DNA of 62,245 nucleotides, the filler included. It is 4 parts of 4 records of this genome, joined end to end, with 100 filler letters (N's around TTAATTAATTAA, not from the genome) between each part and the next. Parts side by side here need not be neighbours in the genome. Positions count along the whole stretch, not along the records: positions 37,439 to 52,572 come from SRR31156797_469; positions 52,673 to 62,245 come from SRR31156797_474; 2 more parts are not named here. One strand, 5' to 3'. The position numbers were made by a program, and so were the translations under genes. This document shows, piece after piece, positions 50,926-59,659 of the stretch. The notes below the pieces were generated by a model. That model was not told where the DNA came from. It ran no database searches and saw nothing but the letters and a program-made list of their open reading frames with translations. Numbering within the stretch: position 1 is the first letter of the stretch; every line of letters starts with the position of its first letter.

Positions 50926-51510
50926 ATGAAAAAACTATTTATTTTATTAACCTTTGTTACACTATCAACGGGTGTATTTGCGCAAGATCCTTTCATTGGT
51001 GAAATCAGAATGTTTGCAGGTAATTTTGCGCCTAGAGGATGGGCATTTTGCGATGGGCAATTATTATCAATTGCTCAATATTCAGCACTTTTTTCATTGT
51101 TAGGCACTACTTATGGTGGTGATGGAAGAACCACTTTTGCTTTGCCCGATTTAAGAGGAAGAGTGCCAATGCATGCGGGTAGCGGACCTGGTTTAACAAA
51201 CCGTCCACAAGGCCAATCAGGAGGTTCTGAAACCAATACCTTAACTATTAACCAAATGCCTTCGCATACGCACACAGCAACTGCTAATAATCCAGTTTAT
51301 GATGACGAAGCCAATTCTGATGATCCAACAGGTAAATATCCTGCAGTTTCCGGAGAGAATATGTATTCTGATCAGACATCTGGTGATGGTGCTATTCCTG
51401 AGGTAACAATTGAAAACAGTGGTGGGGGACAAGCTGTAAATAATATGCAGCCTTATGTTACAGTTCGTTTTATTATTGCACTGGAAGGTATTTTTCCATC
51501 ACGAAATTAA
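50926..51510 (+). CDS. Phage tail-collar domain protein (MdpB-like) with Sec signal peptide
   Basis: Signal MKKLFILLTFVTLSTGVFA|Q, then DPFIGEIRMFAGNFAPRGWAFCDGQLL, YGGDGRTTFALPDLRGR, NNMQPY, IALEGIFPSRN. Confidence 0.9.
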   Translation: MKKLFILLTFVTLSTGVFAQDPFIGEIRMFAGNFAPRGWAFCDGQLLSIAQYSALFSLLGTTYGGDGRTTFALPDLRGRVPMHAGSGPGLTNRPQGQSGGSETNTLTINQMPSHTHTATANNPVYDDEANSDDPTGKYPAVSGENMYSDQTSGDGAIPEVTIENSGGGQAVNNMQPYVTVRFIIALEGIFPSRN

Positions 51511-51517
51511 TTAGCTT

Positions 51518-52489
51518 ATGTTAAAATTTAAGATACTTATATTGGTCGTGATGCTTGTCTCGTTTGTTAGAGCGCAAACCAGTTTAGATTCAGGAGATAT
51601 TGCTTTTATTGCTATCAATAGCGATGGTAGTACGGATGACTTTTCTTTTGTATTGTTAAAAAGTATTGAAAGTGGCACGGTTATTTATTTTACAGATAAT
51701 GGTTGGACTGCCTCAGGTGAATTTAATGCCATTTATACAGAAAGTCATTTTTCCTGGACTGCTGATACTCAAATGGAACCGGGCACAATTGTACATATAG
51801 AAACCTATAATGGAACGGCTTTACCACAAGCATCTGAAGGTACCATAAGTGGTGAAGAAATGACTATATCTGTAGCAGGAGATCAGATTCTTGCTTATCA
51901 GGGAGATAAAATGAATCCTGTTTTTATTGCAGCTATTAGTTTTAATCAAAACTCAACAAATGAACCGGGAACAGCGTTTGATGAGGATTCATTTTCTAAT
52001 TCAACAACGGCTTTACCAGTGGATTTAACCATGGGTCTTAATGCTCTTCATATTTATGCTGAATCGAATTACCTGGAGCAGGATAATGCAATTTATAATT
52101 GTACAGTGACTTCAGGTACAAAGCCGGAATTGCTAGCTGCTATTAATGATAAAAGCAATTGGCTTATGGATAATGACAATCCATTTGAGCAATATCCGTT
52201 TGCATGTGATTTTCAGGTAGGAATTACAACTGAAGATATTTCGTTAGATGAAACTTCAGTGCAAGTGATACCAAACCCGTTAACAGATTATTTGCAATTA
52301 CAGATCGATGTTTCCAATTCAACAGAGGTGCATGTATTTAGCGCTACAGGAGAAATCATAGATGAGTTTATTTACGACTCTTTGGGAGGTTTTCAGCAGT
52401 ACGACATGAGTCATTTGGCAAGCGGTATTTATTATTTTAAAATAATGGATAACTCGCAAGAAAAAGCAATCAAAGTAATTAAAAAATAA
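51518..52489 (+). CDS. Secreted protein with C-terminal T9SS type A sorting domain
   Basis: Signal peptide; GDIAFIAINSD...FSFV...YFTDNGW...GDQILAYQG domain; CTD VIPNPLTDYL...LASGIYYFKI...KVIKK. Confidence 0.85.
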   Translation: MLKFKILILVVMLVSFVRAQTSLDSGDIAFIAINSDGSTDDFSFVLLKSIESGTVIYFTDNGWTASGEFNAIYTESHFSWTADTQMEPGTIVHIETYNGTALPQASEGTISGEEMTISVAGDQILAYQGDKMNPVFIAAISFNQNSTNEPGTAFDEDSFSNSTTALPVDLTMGLNALHIYAESNYLEQDNAIYNCTVTSGTKPELLAAINDKSNWLMDNDNPFEQYPFACDFQVGITTEDISLDETSVQVIPNPLTDYLQLQIDVSNSTEVHVFSATGEIIDEFIYDSLGGFQQYDMSHLASGIYYFKIMDNSQEKAIKVIKK

Positions 52490-52492
52490 AAT

Positions 52493-52527
52493 GAGCTATA
52501 CCTTAATTTTGGGGTATAGCTTCTTTT
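52493..52527 (+). terminator. Intrinsic terminator
   Basis: AGCTATACCTT-AATTTT-GGGGTATAGCT followed by TCTTTT. Confidence 0.65.
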
Positions 52528-52572
52528 ACTTCTCCTACCTTAATTTTCACTAGCCTCCGGAAGTCGTAATTT

Positions 52573-52672
52573 NNNNNNNNNNNNNNNNNNNNNNNNNNNN
52601 NNNNNNNNNNNNNNNNTTAATTAATTAANNNNNNNNNNNNNNNNNNNNNNNNNNNNNNNNNNNNNNNNNNNN
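52573..52672. other. Artificial contig spacer
   Basis: 44 N + TTAATTAATTAA + 44 N. Confidence 0.98.
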
Positions 52673-53978
52673 CCACATCCCTGCCAAAGCGATATTGCGC
52701 TGCAATGTCAAAAACAACTCTTCCTTTGGCAAACCCCGTGCCCAGACTGAATCCGTAATAATCATCCGGGTTGTCATCTGCAGGAGAGGGATCATAAAAA
52801 AGCCCCAGTCTTAAGGGGATTACATAATGTTTATTTTTGTTGATCAAAAGATATTCAGCTCCCAGCCTCACCTGGCAGGTGGGATCAACATCAGATTGCT
52901 CTTCGGATTTGGCTGTCACCGCTGAAATTTTTGTGCCGTCTTCCTGTTTTAAAAGAAATTTTTCCCAGTGGGTTCTGTAAACATCTGCTGAGATTGTGAA
53001 TCTGTCGGAAAACCGATAGGCTGCGCCGATACCATAGGACATGGGCATTTCCAGTTTTTCTTCCATGACTATGTGCGTAGCCTCATGGCCTGTATCTTGA
53101 CCGTTGAATTCATGTTTCAGATCGGCAATAAACGGCGATTTATATACGGCACCAAGGGAAAATTTTCTATTCCTGCTATGCCATAACAGTCCTAAATTGT
53201 AGCTTAGTCCTTTAAAAACAAAATTATGGCGCGTCGCATAGTGAAATTCTTCTCGACCAGAATAGGGTCCCACAGAATAGGATCCAACAGATGAACCTGT
53301 ATAGGATTGTTCCCAGTTATTGTCACAGAGATCGTCATTCCAGATATTGACTGTAATGCCCATCGAAAGATGCCGTGGAATGATTTCAAATCCGTAGGCA
53401 ATGCCTACCGCTGAAAGACTGCCTGATTGATGATAAATACCTTCAATGTCATAATCCATACTACCAATGGTTGTCAAAGCTACCGAATCAATGATAGGGG
53501 ATTGAAATTGGTATCGATAACTTACCTCTCGGGTAAAATCATAAAGCCGCTGGTAATTGATTGATACGACCATGTTGCGGTCCCAGAGTGTGAAAGGATA
53601 AGTAAAACTAAGATAATTAAGGTCTGTTAAAGACTTCGACTGTGAACCATTTGCTTCAGAAAGGGTATAATTTGTGTTTTGGGAGCTATAGTTTCCCACG
53701 ATAGAGATCTCTGGTGTTTTCAGCTGGACAAGCCCCCCGGGGTTCCATGAGGCGGCCGTGGCATCATCCGCCACTGCGATAAACGCCCCAAATCCCAATG
53801 CTCTTGCTCCTGACCCCACAGGGTTGGGTGAAAATGCAAAATTGACATTGCTCCCAGACGGTATGATATTTGAGGAGTCAGCAAAAACCGGTGTAAAAAC
53901 CGTCAACCCCCAAACCAGGGAGAGCAAAAGAACAACCTGTGTTTTATAAATCATCCGGCTCCTAGGGCAAACTCTCAT
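52673..53978 (-). CDS. FadL/OmpP1/TodX-like outer-membrane beta-barrel, 3'-truncated
   Basis: Signal peptide; GSGARALGFGAFIAVADDATAASWNPGGL hatch motif; alternating beta-strands (SYGIGAAYRF, VRLGAEY, LRLGLFYDP). Confidence 0.85.
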
Positions 53979-54262
53979 CTTTTATCTGCAATTCGCCGTC
54001 AAATATGAATTTGAAAGCAAAAAAATTATAAAATCAATGGTTTACGTATGTGGTAAGCAGTGTATTATTGCAGGACTATAAAATGCCGGAAATAATATTT
54101 CAAGATATTTTTAATTGAGATCAAACATAAAGAAACTGGCGGGTAATTGGTAGGGTGAAATAATTATAAAATGGAATCCATATTTTTATATGAACGGTTC
54201 CATCCTTACAAAGATTCGGGCTATATCAGCACTCTGTTTTACCAGGCAAACAAAAGAAAGGA

Positions 54263-56200
54263 TCAGGGGTATATCCTGCGGACACGCCAGTTATCTATTA
54301 ATGCGGTTTTGTCCGCCTGTTCCTGCCGGGCAAAGCTTGTCCGGGCGTTGATATCATCGTCTGTTTCTATTGTCAGCATGCTTCCATTTTCAACCACTTC
54401 AAAGCGCTGACCCGGACGGACCCCATGATCATAGCCGATGTTCAAAACGATATCCCTGCCGTCCAATTTTACAATCCGCCCTTTCAGGGGATACTCTTTT
54501 TCAAGGGTCTTTACAACGGTTTCACAAAGGCGCTCTTTTTGTTCCGTGAAAAGGGTGTTGTAAAGGAGCGCGTTGAAATTGTGTTTGATACTGCCTGTTC
54601 GGGTCTCTGCCAGGCGCATGAGAAGTGTCGGCGGGTCTGATGCATTGTTGACATCAATGATTAGAAAAAGTGCGGCAGTTAAAAGTTCGGGTGTAATTTT
54701 ATTGCGCCGGGGAACCAGTTGTGACGACATGATCTCATATTCCTGTTTGAGCAACTGCCAGTCGGTTCGCTCCAAAAGCTGTATATGAGGGCATTTTTCA
54801 TGCAATCGGCTCTCCAGAACATGGGCTGCAAATTTAGCCGTTTCATCAGAAGGTTCCATGACGGACACGGACATCGTCACAGGCATGCTCCAATGGTCCA
54901 GGGGGGCTTTTTGAAGATAACCCCGGCCCGTTGTTACAAGTCCGGCCGTAATGATGCATACCAGTGCAATAAGCGCCATAACGCGTTTTCTGTTATTTGC
55001 TGTGGGGTTATCATCGGTTGCAGGCAAAGAAGGCGCTTCATCGTCAGACCGGTTTCTTATTTTTTCTTTTTTGCCGGGCGCAGGGCTGCTTTTTTCAATG
55101 GTTGGACGGGGTGAAAAAGCGGTTTGGGGAAAATAGGTCTCCTGGGGATCACCATAGAGCACATAGCTTGCCCAGGAAAAATCATTCTTGGTTTCAGCCG
55201 ACTTTTTCCGGGCAAGATTAACGGCTTCTCCCACGCTGTAGCCGTTGAAAAAATAGTCATAAAAAGTCGAGGCAAAATTGCTGCTGTGGATATCTGAAAT
55301 TTTCCATAACGTACCGATATAATGCTGTACCCCGGATCGAATCAACGCATCTGTCAGACCGAATGAGGCGTCCTTGTTCCGGGGGGCGGTATTCTCGTTG
55401 TACGCCGACTGGCAGGCGTTGAGGAAAACCAGGGAGGGCATGGCGGCTCCGCCCTCCAGTTTCGCAAATTCTTCAGCCTTAAAAACACTGTCTTTGAGTT
55501 TGATTGCGCTGGCGGATGGATGATCATGATCATAGTGTACATGGCCTGCAAAATGAATGATGTCGAAATCCGTCATTTTTAAAAACAGGTCGTCCCGGCT
55601 GGTTTCAGAGGATAAGGGCGCGGTTTTGACACAATTTTTCAGACAGGAACATTTTCGAAAAATCGTCAGGCCCTCTTTTCCGGCACTGGGCAGATCTCCA
55701 CCAGGATTGGCGATGATCCACAGTTTACAATTATCCGTGGGGATCTGCCTTGCAATCCTGTGCAGGTCCCACTGGGTTTTCACCCAGCGGCCCATACTGA
55801 ATTTCAGGCAGAGGAACTGGTTGTCCAGACAGATCAGTTCCCAGGGTATATGAACCAGATTTTCATCAAGGGTCAGGACCAACGTCTTTTTCTCGGTGTC
55901 CCGCAACCGTTTTTTTATGGCAGGGGGAAGCAACTCGTTGCACATTAGGACGCCCAGGTCCTTTAAAAGACCGTCTTCGGTTCCGTTGAGTTTTCCTGTG
56001 GGAAGCGTCTGATTAATGGCCCCGGACGCTTTTGCGCAAAAGCGGTCAATGCAGTCAAGGGATACGGTTGCCTCCTCGTGAATGGATTTCCAGACAGGGG
56101 GCTCCCGCAAGCTTACCTGCAGCTTTATGAGGTTGTCCTCTAATGGTTCACTGCTTTTTGTTATTTCAAGATGAATCGCCCGGCGGTTCATAAATGCCAT
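54263..56200 (-). CDS. CHAT (caspase/separase-like clan CD) protease with a single TM helix and periplasmic CsgG/FlgT-like module
   Basis: IPWEL, IIHFAGH (55541-55555), LVFLNACQS (55406-55420), YIGTLW, WASYVLYGDP; TM VMALIALVCIITAGLV; QLLERTDW...RLAETRTGSI; YPLKGRIV...LNIGYDHGVRPGQRF. Confidence 0.9.
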   Translation of the reverse strand: MAFMNRRAIHLEITKSSEPLEDNLIKLQVSLREPPVWKSIHEEATVSLDCIDRFCAKASGAINQTLPTGKLNGTEDGLLKDLGVLMCNELLPPAIKKRLRDTEKKTLVLTLDENLVHIPWELICLDNQFLCLKFSMGRWVKTQWDLHRIARQIPTDNCKLWIIANPGGDLPSAGKEGLTIFRKCSCLKNCVKTAPLSSETSRDDLFLKMTDFDIIHFAGHVHYDHDHPSASAIKLKDSVFKAEEFAKLEGGAAMPSLVFLNACQSAYNENTAPRNKDASFGLTDALIRSGVQHYIGTLWKISDIHSSNFASTFYDYFFNGYSVGEAVNLARKKSAETKNDFSWASYVLYGDPQETYFPQTAFSPRPTIEKSSPAPGKKEKIRNRSDDEAPSLPATDDNPTANNRKRVMALIALVCIITAGLVTTGRGYLQKAPLDHWSMPVTMSVSVMEPSDETAKFAAHVLESRLHEKCPHIQLLERTDWQLLKQEYEIMSSQLVPRRNKITPELLTAALFLIIDVNNASDPPTLLMRLAETRTGSIKHNFNALLYNTLFTEQKERLCETVVKTLEKEYPLKGRIVKLDGRDIVLNIGYDHGVRPGQRFEVVENGSMLTIETDDDINARTSFARQEQADKTALIDNWRVRRIYP

Positions 56201-56804
56201 CCTGGGTTATTTTAAAGAAAAATCGTCCACAGTCTATCTCATTTTGTTCCAAAACAAGATTATAGCTGTCAAAGGAAAGATTGGCGAATTCAGCCCTTGT
56301 GCCTTCCAGAATCCGTGCATCGAATTTGTCTTTCTCTCTTTCAAGGATCAGGCAGAATCGTGCATTGTCCTCAAAGGTGCCAACGAGTTTAAATTGCAGA
56401 TCAAAAGAATTTTGTTTTGTTTTTTTAAAGGTTATCTCTCCTGACAACCCGTCAAAATTTTTGACGATCTTTAAATAGTTGGATGGGGGATTTCCTTCAA
56501 ATGTGTTTTTAGCGGCGCTGTCCCTTAGGGCAAAGGCAGGCTGTGCCGACGGTTCAACCGTCCATTCCAGAAACCGTTTTGCTCCGGCAAGCAATGCGTT
56601 GATGATCGGTACGCCAGTCTCTTGAATTCGAACGCCGTTTTCCATCAGATCCCTGTCTTCCAGCAGGGCTTGGACCGTGACAAACTGCTCAAGGCACAGA
56701 TCACAGTCTGCCAGGTGTGCCTCCACACCGCAGGCTTTTTGTTTCGAAAGCCGACCGGTTATATAGTCATACAGTTTTACGGTTTCAATACATCCTGGTT
56801 TCAT
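56166..56804 (-). CDS. Zinc-finger (zf-HC2/ZAS) anti-sigma-like protein, no TM segment
   Basis: N-terminal C..LYDYITGRLS....VEAHLADCDLC (HxxxCxxC) and a beta-rich C-terminal domain; directly downstream of the sigma gene. Confidence 0.82.
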   Translation of the reverse strand: MKPGCIETVKLYDYITGRLSKQKACGVEAHLADCDLCLEQFVTVQALLEDRDLMENGVRIQETGVPIINALLAGAKRFLEWTVEPSAQPAFALRDSAAKNTFEGNPPSNYLKIVKNFDGLSGEITFKKTKQNSFDLQFKLVGTFEDNARFCLILEREKDKFDARILEGTRAEFANLSFDSYNLVLEQNEIDCGRFFFKITQDGIYEPPGDSS

Positions 56805-56890
56805 AGACTATTTCCTGATAAAAACTTTTATCGATAGTATAATATATGAAAAAATTAAGCATATCTTACACTCGATGATCGAGTTTCAGT

Positions 56891-57496
56891 TTATTTATAC
56901 GGCGCGCTCTTTTTTTTCACATTATTTTTTAACTGGTCTAAAGCCCTTGATTTTGCGGTGTAAACAGCACCTTTTTTCATCTTCAAATACCTGGCTATGG
57001 TGTCAAAAGGAAGTCCGTGGACGTAATACATCTTCAAGATGAGACGGCTTTTTGCCGGCAGTTCATCCATGGCGGAGCGCAGCAGGTGCTTTTGCTCCTC
57101 CAGGTCATAGGGGTGATTCTCCGATGATGATAGACCAAAAGCTTCATCCAGGGGGATCAGTTTAGAGCGGTTTGCCGTATTCAGAACGCCTTTGCTTCTA
57201 AATTCCGCCAGCACGGTCTGGTTGGCAATCATGATGATCCATCCGGCAAGACTGCTGCCCCGGCCGTTTTTGTATTGCCAGAGTTTTCTACAATTTTTTT
57301 CCAGCAGCTGTAAAAAGATTTCGTTGCGCATATCTTCGATACCCTCTTGGGTATAGGGGGTTCCCTTCAAACGAAACACTTTGACAACAGTGCATTCCAC
57401 AAGTCGCCAGTAATGCGTGATAAACGCTTGTCTTTGACAACAAAAAAGGCAGTCATACAACAGTATTCGCTCTTGATCCTTACTTAATCGTTTCAT
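56891..57496 (-). CDS. ECF-type sigma-70 factor
   Basis: Region 2 (IEDMRNEIFLQL...SLAGWIIMIANQ) and region 4 (AMDELPAKSRLILKMYYVHGLPFDTIARYL...VYTAKSRALDQLK). Confidence 0.9.
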   Translation of the reverse strand: MKRLSKDQERILLYDCLFCCQRQAFITHYWRLVECTVVKVFRLKGTPYTQEGIEDMRNEIFLQLLEKNCRKLWQYKNGRGSSLAGWIIMIANQTVLAEFRSKGVLNTANRSKLIPLDEAFGLSSSENHPYDLEEQKHLLRSAMDELPAKSRLILKMYYVHGLPFDTIARYLKMKKGAVYTAKSRALDQLKNNVKKKSAPYK

Positions 57497-59421
57497 TGGG
57501 CGATTACTTTATCTCCAATGCCGGGTTTCTCGCCTTTTATTAAAAGTTGGCCGCATTTTCCTTTAATACAGTTTGCGGCAATGACTTTTGTAGGACCGCC
57601 GGGCTTTCCCCGATAGACAAGAAGGGGCCAGTCCGATTTTATCCTCGTCTCCGGATTTTCTTGGGACGCGGTTTTATCCATAGAGGTCTTGAATGCGCCT
57701 GAGCCGAAAAAACCGCCTGTGGCTGTAATGGTTCCTGTTGCCAGGGGAAATTTGCGATGAAATTTTTCAGATAGCCTGTTGCCGATATAGGTCATGTCGG
57801 ATACACAACTGAAGGCATCCTGGACCGTAATGATTTTGGATGTTTTTTTATCAATAAGGCGGGTGACAACTTCAGTGCCATTGCCGGATCTATAAATGCT
57901 TCCGAATAGAGCCGAAGGGCATGATGCGCCGGATGACCCGGCCATGGCCGTGTTTAAATCTTGCGATAGTAACCGGAAACGTCTGTTGGCTGCAAAATCG
58001 TTTTCAAAACTGCGTAGAAAACTTTTCCAGTTATCGGCCTTTTCATTGTTATCAAAGGTATGTATGCCGATGCCGTAGCGGTAGGATAACTTAAGATGCT
58101 CAGGCGTTTTTCTGTTTAATATAATTGTTTTTTCAACGGTCTCACCCGTTTGGGTAACCGCTGTTATGGTGAACCGGTTTACGCCTTGTTCCAGGGGAAT
58201 AAAAGTGCTGCAGGTAATCCACACCCCCGGTTTTTTGAGCAGGGATTTGCCATTGAGGTCTAAAGCAAGAATGGTGCTTTCAGAGGCAATGGTAAATTCC
58301 AGGGGGGTGGCGTTTGTGAAAATTTCATTTGAATGGGGTTTTGACAGCCTGATTTCGGGTTGGTGGCCGTTTTTAAAAGAGAGGATGGCGCTGTTGTCGG
58401 TTATGCCCGAAAGGTTCAATGCCGCCAGCTCGATTTTTCGGCTGGGTCTGTTCATCTGTTTCTGGGTTTTGTTGCCAAGGGTGTCTTCTGCCAGAAGGGT
58501 TATGCGCTGCTCCCCGGGGGAAAGCCCTGCATGAAAACTGCCGTCATGGTTTGAAACGGCGATGTCCCTTCCGTTCAGGGTGAAACGGGCAATGCCGGAT
58601 GCGTCATGAAGATACCCAAAGATATCTTTTCCTGGCCTTATCCGGGAGATGCTTATAAAAGGCCCGGATTTGTCCATCAAAAGCTTTATTTTTTTTCGGG
58701 AGGTTCCTCCCATGAGATTGCCGGCTGCGATCTCAATGGTGTGGGCACCTTCGTCAAGGTAAAGCGCTTGCCTGAATATCATTTTTTTCCGGGAGCCTTC
58801 CATGAAGACGGTTTTATCATCAATGGTGATCCAGGAGACATACCGGCCGTCACTCACGGCTCCTGTTATCCGAAGCGGGAATGCGCAGCTTTTGTGGAAA
58901 CCGTTTTCGGCGTTAAATCCTGATGGAGATGTTATGGATATACAGGGGCTGGAAGCGGTGGCGTGTTTTTTTTCCATCAGCGCTTTTCTGACTTCGTCCA
59001 GGTAATAATAGGCTTTTGCCGATGGTTCCTGTTCCAGGGACATCAAAAGTTTTTTTTCAGCAACCTTGTAATGACCCATGAAAAAATGAATGACGCCGGT
59101 TTCCCGGTTTGGGAAATAATCATCTATGAAATGCATACCGTAGGTTCGGGCCATTCGTTGATCCGCAGGCCTTTGCTTAACGGCCTGATCGAGGCAGTCC
59201 ACGGCTTTTAAATAAAATTCGCCGTCAATATAGGAAAGGGCGCAGGTGTAATAATCATCCCAGTCACCCATAAAGTTGCCCCCCTGCCAGCCGTAGGAAC
59301 CATCTTTTTTTTTAAGGGTTGGGCAGGGGGAGGGGCCTGTGCAGCCCCACAGTAAAGACACAAGAAATGCCATGATTGTAACATTCCGGATGACAAGGAG
59401 ACCTGCTTTTTTAGTCTTCAT
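57493..59421 (-). CDS. Lipoprotein: TPR + Ig/cadherin-like repeats + C-terminal CsgG/FlgT-like region
   Basis: Lipobox LLWGC; TPR with DQRMARTYGMHFIDDYFPNRE; Ig-like repeats (LDEGAHTIEIAAGN, LSPGEQRITLLAED, LEQGVNRFTITA); TRLIDKKTSKII, KFPLATGTI. ATGA overlap with the sigma gene. Confidence 0.8.
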   Translation of the reverse strand: MKTKKAGLLVIRNVTIMAFLVSLLWGCTGPSPCPTLKKKDGSYGWQGGNFMGDWDDYYTCALSYIDGEFYLKAVDCLDQAVKQRPADQRMARTYGMHFIDDYFPNRETGVIHFFMGHYKVAEKKLLMSLEQEPSAKAYYYLDEVRKALMEKKHATASSPCISITSPSGFNAENGFHKSCAFPLRITGAVSDGRYVSWITIDDKTVFMEGSRKKMIFRQALYLDEGAHTIEIAAGNLMGGTSRKKIKLLMDKSGPFISISRIRPGKDIFGYLHDASGIARFTLNGRDIAVSNHDGSFHAGLSPGEQRITLLAEDTLGNKTQKQMNRPSRKIELAALNLSGITDNSAILSFKNGHQPEIRLSKPHSNEIFTNATPLEFTIASESTILALDLNGKSLLKKPGVWITCSTFIPLEQGVNRFTITAVTQTGETVEKTIILNRKTPEHLKLSYRYGIGIHTFDNNEKADNWKSFLRSFENDFAANRRFRLLSQDLNTAMAGSSGASCPSALFGSIYRSGNGTEVVTRLIDKKTSKIITVQDAFSCVSDMTYIGNRLSEKFHRKFPLATGTITATGGFFGSGAFKTSMDKTASQENPETRIKSDWPLLVYRGKPGGPTKVIAANCIKGKCGQLLIKGEKPGIGDKVIAQ

Positions 59422-59491
59422 TTTACATGAATAAAATAGGCATTTGTTCTTTGTCAAGTTAATCTGCAAAAATAGATAGAAATTTTCCTAA

Positions 59492-59623
59492 ATGCCCGGG
59501 AAATTATTGTCGGCAGCAGGCTGTCCGGTGTTCTGGCGCAAAAAGCGGTTTGATATCAATGAGACCGACGAGGTCGGTGTGCTGGCATCCGCACTGAACG
59601 ACATGGCTGAAGATTTACGGTAA
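59492..59623 (+). pseudogene. Remnant of a HAMP-domain (chemoreceptor/sensor) gene
   Basis: Manual translation ...KRFDINETDEVGVLASALNDMAEDLR* matches a HAMP connector plus second helix; no other domains present. Confidence 0.55.
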
Positions 59624-59659
59624 TGGATGTTGATACCAGGTCAGCTTAATGGCCGTTAA

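Noticed and set aside
50926-51510. Prophage suggested by the tail-collar gene
   Set aside because: No other phage structural, lysis or integrase genes; the protein has a signal peptide and sits among housekeeping genes.
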